A stretch of DNA of 64,000 nucleotides. Source: Hydrogenophilales bacterium. Lineage in GTDB: Bacteria; Pseudomonadota; Gammaproteobacteria; Burkholderiales; Thiobacillaceae. Position 1 is the first letter of the stretch, and every line of letters starts with the position of its first letter. Positions 60,843-64,000 of this stretch are shown piece by piece. Location of the stretch: the NCBI GenBank assembly GCA_016719465.1, contig JADJYY010000019.1:5136-69135 (forward strand). Reading direction: 5' to 3'. The position numbers were made by a program, and so were the translations under genes. The notes below the pieces were generated by a model. The model saw only the letters and a list, made by a program, of their open reading frames with translations, had not been told where the DNA came from and did no database searches.

Positions 60843-61925
60843 TCAGCCGCGCGTCTTCTCGAAGTCCTTCATGTAATCCACCAGCGCCTGCACGCCTTCC
60901 ACCGGCATGGCGTTGTAGATGGAGGCGCGCATGCCGCCCACGGAGCGGTGGCCCTTCAGCTGCACCAGGCCGCGCGCCTTGGCGCCCTTGAGGAAATCCT
61001 CGTCCAGGGCGGCGTCCTTCAGGGTGAAGGGGATGTTCATCAGGGAGCGGTTTTCCCTGGCCACCGGCGAGTTGTAGAAGCCGGTGGCATCCAGGTAGTC
61101 ATACAGCAGCCCGGCCTTCTGGCGGTTGGTCTTTTCCATGGCGGCCAGGCCGCCCTTGGCCTTCAGCAGCTTGAACACCAGGCCGGCGATGTAGATGCCG
61201 TAGGTGGGCGGGGTGTTGTACATGGACTCGTTGTCGGCGTGGGTCTTGTAGTCGAACATGGTGGGCGTGCCGGCCACGGTCTGGCCGATCAGGTCGTCGC
61301 GCGCGATCACCACGGTGACGCCGGCCGGGCCGATGTTCTTCTGGGCGCCGGCGTAGATCAGGCCGTACTTGGACACGTCCATGGGCCGCGACAGGATGGT
61401 GGAGGACATGTCGGCCACCAGGGGCACGTCGCCGGTCTGGGGGGTCCAGAAGATTTCCACGCCACCGATGGTTTCATTCGGCGTGTAATGCACGTAGGCG
61501 GCGTTGGGGTCCAGCTTCCAGGCGTCCTGGGCGGGGGCATAGGAGAAGTTCTTGTCCTCGGAACTGGCCACCACGTTCACGGCGCCGTATTTCTTGGCTT
61601 CCTTGATGGCCTTCTTGGACCATTCGCCGGTGTTCAGGTAGTCGGCGGAAGCCTTGCCGCGCAGCAGGTTCATGGGAACCATGGCGAACTGGCTGGAGGC
61701 GCCGCCCTGGACGAACAGCACCTTGTAGTTGGCGGGAATGCCCATCAATTCCCGCAGATCGGCCTCGGCCTGGGCCTGGATGCCCATGTATTCCTTGCCG
61801 CGATGGGACATTTCCATGACGGACATGCCGCAGCCCTGCCAGTTGACCAGTTCGTCGCGGGCCTGTTCCAGGACTTCACGGGGCAAAACCGCCGGACCGG
61901 CGCTGAAGTTGTAGATACGTTCCAT
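60843..61925 (-). CDS. serC: Phosphoserine aminotransferase
   Basis: 360-aa ORF MERIYNFSAGPAVLP... Confidence 0.95.
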   Translation of the reverse strand: MERIYNFSAGPAVLPREVLEQARDELVNWQGCGMSVMEMSHRGKEYMGIQAQAEADLRELMGIPANYKVLFVQGGASSQFAMVPMNLLRGKASADYLNTGEWSKKAIKEAKKYGAVNVVASSEDKNFSYAPAQDAWKLDPNAAYVHYTPNETIGGVEIFWTPQTGDVPLVADMSSTILSRPMDVSKYGLIYAGAQKNIGPAGVTVVIARDDLIGQTVAGTPTMFDYKTHADNESMYNTPPTYGIYIAGLVFKLLKAKGGLAAMEKTNRQKAGLLYDYLDATGFYNSPVARENRSLMNIPFTLKDAALDEDFLKGAKARGLVQLKGHRSVGGMRASIYNAMPVEGVQALVDYMKDFEKTRG

Positions 61926-61942
61926 GATGCTCAGTGTCCTTC

Positions 61943-62836
61943 CTAGTGGGGGTCTGTCTTTGCGGATTCCGCGGCTTCGGCTTGATGTTCCGCCGATGCC
62001 TTGGGGGAAGCTTCCCGGGCGGGCGCCTTGCGCGGAGTCGCGCGGGACGCAGCCTTGGGCGCGGGGGCATCGAGCCCCCGCATGAGGTCCAGCTTGGCGA
62101 TCCTGGCCGGATCGGTCTCGCCGTTGACGTTGACGATGTTGAGCTTGCCCTGGCCCTGCTTCATCTCGTTCCTGAAGTCATAGACGGCGCCCACCACGGT
62201 GAGCCGGCCGCTCATGACTTCCGCCTCGAACTTGCCCAGGGCCAGGCGGACCTGGTTGTTCACGTTCTGCTTGACGCTGTTCAGGCCCGGGTCACCCTTG
62301 GCGATCTGGATGGTATCCAGTTCCCGCTGGATGCTGGGGGATTCCTGGCCATAGTCGCCGGCTGCCGCCTTGATGGCGCCGCAGGCCACATGGCCGACGA
62401 CCAGCAGCAGGGGTGTATGCAGGTGGTGCACGCCGTATTCCACCGAGCCTTCGGCCGTGGCGATCTGGTTGCCGATATTGCGGATCATGAACAGATCGCC
62501 ATCCGGCGTGTCATCCAGGGCGTGAGTATGGACCCGGGAGTCGGAACAGGTCACCACCGTGGCGCGGGGATGCTGATCATTCAGGAACGGCTTGAAATGG
62601 GCGGGACCCTTGGCGCCCATGAAATCCCGATTGCCGCGCGCGATCTCGCGCATGATCTCCCGGGCGCCCTCGGGTGTTTTCTTGTCGCTCAGGCTGGCGG
62701 CATACTCGCGCATCACCTCCTTGACGATGGCCCGGATCTTGTCCTTTTCCGCCTCGTTCGCGGTCACCGGCTCCGCGGCCGATACCGATACGAACATGGC
62801 CATCCCCAACGCGACCAGCCCAATGGAACGTTTCAT
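61943..62836 (-). CDS. Secreted beta-class carbonic anhydrase with Ala/Pro/Lys-rich C-terminal tail
   Basis: 297-aa ORF with the signal-like N-terminus MKRSIGLVALGMAMFVSVSAAEP. It has CSDSR and GHVACG zinc-ligand motifs. The ~55-aa low-complexity tail reads PAPKAASRATPRKAPAREASPKASAE. Confidence 0.8.
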   Translation of the reverse strand: MKRSIGLVALGMAMFVSVSAAEPVTANEAEKDKIRAIVKEVMREYAASLSDKKTPEGAREIMREIARGNRDFMGAKGPAHFKPFLNDQHPRATVVTCSDSRVHTHALDDTPDGDLFMIRNIGNQIATAEGSVEYGVHHLHTPLLLVVGHVACGAIKAAAGDYGQESPSIQRELDTIQIAKGDPGLNSVKQNVNNQVRLALGKFEAEVMSGRLTVVGAVYDFRNEMKQGQGKLNIVNVNGETDPARIAKLDLMRGLDAPAPKAASRATPRKAPAREASPKASAEHQAEAAESAKTDPH

Positions 62837-62940
62837 CTGTCACCCCTTGAAGCAAAAATTGTAACCAAATATCGACAGAGGAAGCGGAATCTTCAGATCG
62901 AGGAGTGGGCCTTTTCGGGCACTCGCGCGCCTGGCTCGGC

Positions 62941-64000
62941 TCAGTCCCGGCCCGAGCGCCAGATGGCGTAGATGATCCAGAGGCTGTTGAAAAACGCCAC
63001 CACGAAACCCAGCAGGCCGAACAACGGCAGTCCGAACAGTTCCGGCCCGCCCTCCACGGTCATGATGATGCTGGAGCCCACCACCAGCGAAGCGGTCAGC
63101 ACGCCCATGGTCAATCGGTTGGCGGCTTGATTGAGTTGCAGGCCGAAATGGTCCAGGCGCTTGAGATCCAGATCGATGCGCAACCGGCCCCGGCGCGCCA
63201 TGCGGAACAGGCGCGCCACATCCCGCGGCAGGCCGACCACGATCTCGGCGATTTCCCGCAAGCCGCGCCGCGTCCGCCGGGCCAGGGCCTGGGGCGAATA
63301 GCGCGCCTCCATCACCCGCCGCACGAAGGGCGTCAGGTGATCCACCATGTGGAAGGCCGGATCGAGCTGGTAGCCCAGGCCCTCCAGGGTGATGATGGCC
63401 TTGAACAGCAGGGTCAGGTCGGGCGGCAGGGACAGGTGGTTGTCGCGCATGACCCCGGTGACTTCGCTGAGCAGGGCGCCGATGCGGATGTCCTTGAGGG
63501 ACAGGTTGTCATAGCCGAACACCATCTCCGAAATGTCATAGGCCAGGTGTTCCTCGTCGATCTCCGCGTCCCCCGCCCACTGGGTGAGGACATTGAGCAT
63601 GCCGGCCTCGTTCTTCTGGATGAGCGCTTCCAGGAAATCGATGAGCTGCTCACGGCGGCTGTCGGTGATGCGGCCCACCATGCCGAAATCCAGCAGCCCC
63701 AGGCGATTGCCCGGCAGGTAGACGACGTTGCCGGGATGGGGATCGGCATGGAAGTACCCGTCGATCAGGATCATCCTGAGCACCGCGTCGGCGCCCCGGG
63801 CCGCCAGCAGCGTCAGGTCGAAGCCCTCCGCCCGGGCGCGCGCCATTTCCGTGCCGGGCACGCCCACCAGCTCTTCCTGGACGTTCACGCTTTCCGCGCA
63901 GTATTCCCAGTACACGCGGGGGATATGCACGGTGTCGTCATCCCTGAAGCGTTCCGCGAAGGACTCCAGATTGCGGGCCTCCTTGATCAGGTCGAACTCC
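62941..64000 (-). CDS. ubiB: UbiB/ABC1-family kinase-like protein (5' end beyond window)
   Basis: The ORF frame is open to the window edge. It has FHADPHPGN and LGLLDFGMVG motifs and two C-terminal TM helices. Confidence 0.85.
   Translation of the reverse strand, partial: EFDLIKEARNLESFAERFRDDDTVHIPRVYWEYCAESVNVQEELVGVPGTEMARARAEGFDLTLLAARGADAVLRMILIDGYFHADPHPGNVVYLPGNRLGLLDFGMVGRITDSRREQLIDFLEALIQKNEAGMLNVLTQWAGDAEIDEEHLAYDISEMVFGYDNLSLKDIRIGALLSEVTGVMRDNHLSLPPDLTLLFKAIITLEGLGYQLDPAFHMVDHLTPFVRRVMEARYSPQALARRTRRGLREIAEIVVGLPRDVARLFRMARRGRLRIDLDLKRLDHFGLQLNQAANRLTMGVLTASLVVGSSIIMTVEGGPELFGLPLFGLLGFVVAFFNSLWIIYAIWRSGRD

Overview
High-GC chromosomal segment whose gene order looks betaproteobacterial (taxon is an inference from synteny only). 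Almost every gene is on the minus strand.

**Positions 1-16.3 kb.** A complete membrane-bound uptake [NiFe]-hydrogenase locus, hupSLCDFGHIJK-hypABFCDE (Cupriavidus names hoxKGZMLOQRTV). The small subunit has the six-cysteine signature of O2-tolerant enzymes. The locus sits downstream of an AT-rich region with a sigma54-like promoter.

**Positions 16.6-22 kb.**
- an orphan proline-rich secreted repeat protein
- a frameshifted copA
- a LemA / GIDE-EF-hand membrane protein pair

**Positions 22-64 kb.** Housekeeping genes:
- gyrA, mtaD-like, rluE, icd, csp, clpSA
- tatD-pilZ-holB-tmk-mltG-pabC
- fabF-acpP-fabG-fabD-fabH-plsX-rpmF-yceD
- two-subunit pyruvate carboxylase, maf, a methylase
- a frameshifted LigE-type ligase
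- cysM, ugd, pyrF, lapBA, ihfB, rpsA, cmk, aroA, tyrA, hisC, pheA, serA, serC
- a secreted beta-carbonic anhydrase and partial ubiB

I found no rRNA, tRNA, CRISPR array, transposase or recognisable defence system.

**Most interesting signals (all non-genic)**
1. Three intercistronic inverted-repeat elements built from 7-nt periodic units. One contains 11 perfect CCTTCAC repeats. Each fills the whole spacer from an upstream stop codon to a downstream ATG that has no Shine-Dalgarno sequence, and all three have the same polarity.
2. A ~115-bp palindromic REP/MITE-like family found only in the hydrogenase locus. One copy, plus a second repeat type, is inserted in frame inside hypF. A half-copy supplies the hupJ N-terminus.
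3. Three single-nucleotide frame disruptions: the hupL C-terminal extension, copA and the ligase. These indicate either pseudogenisation or assembly indel errors.

All coordinates for repeats and motifs were derived by hand and may be off by a few nt.
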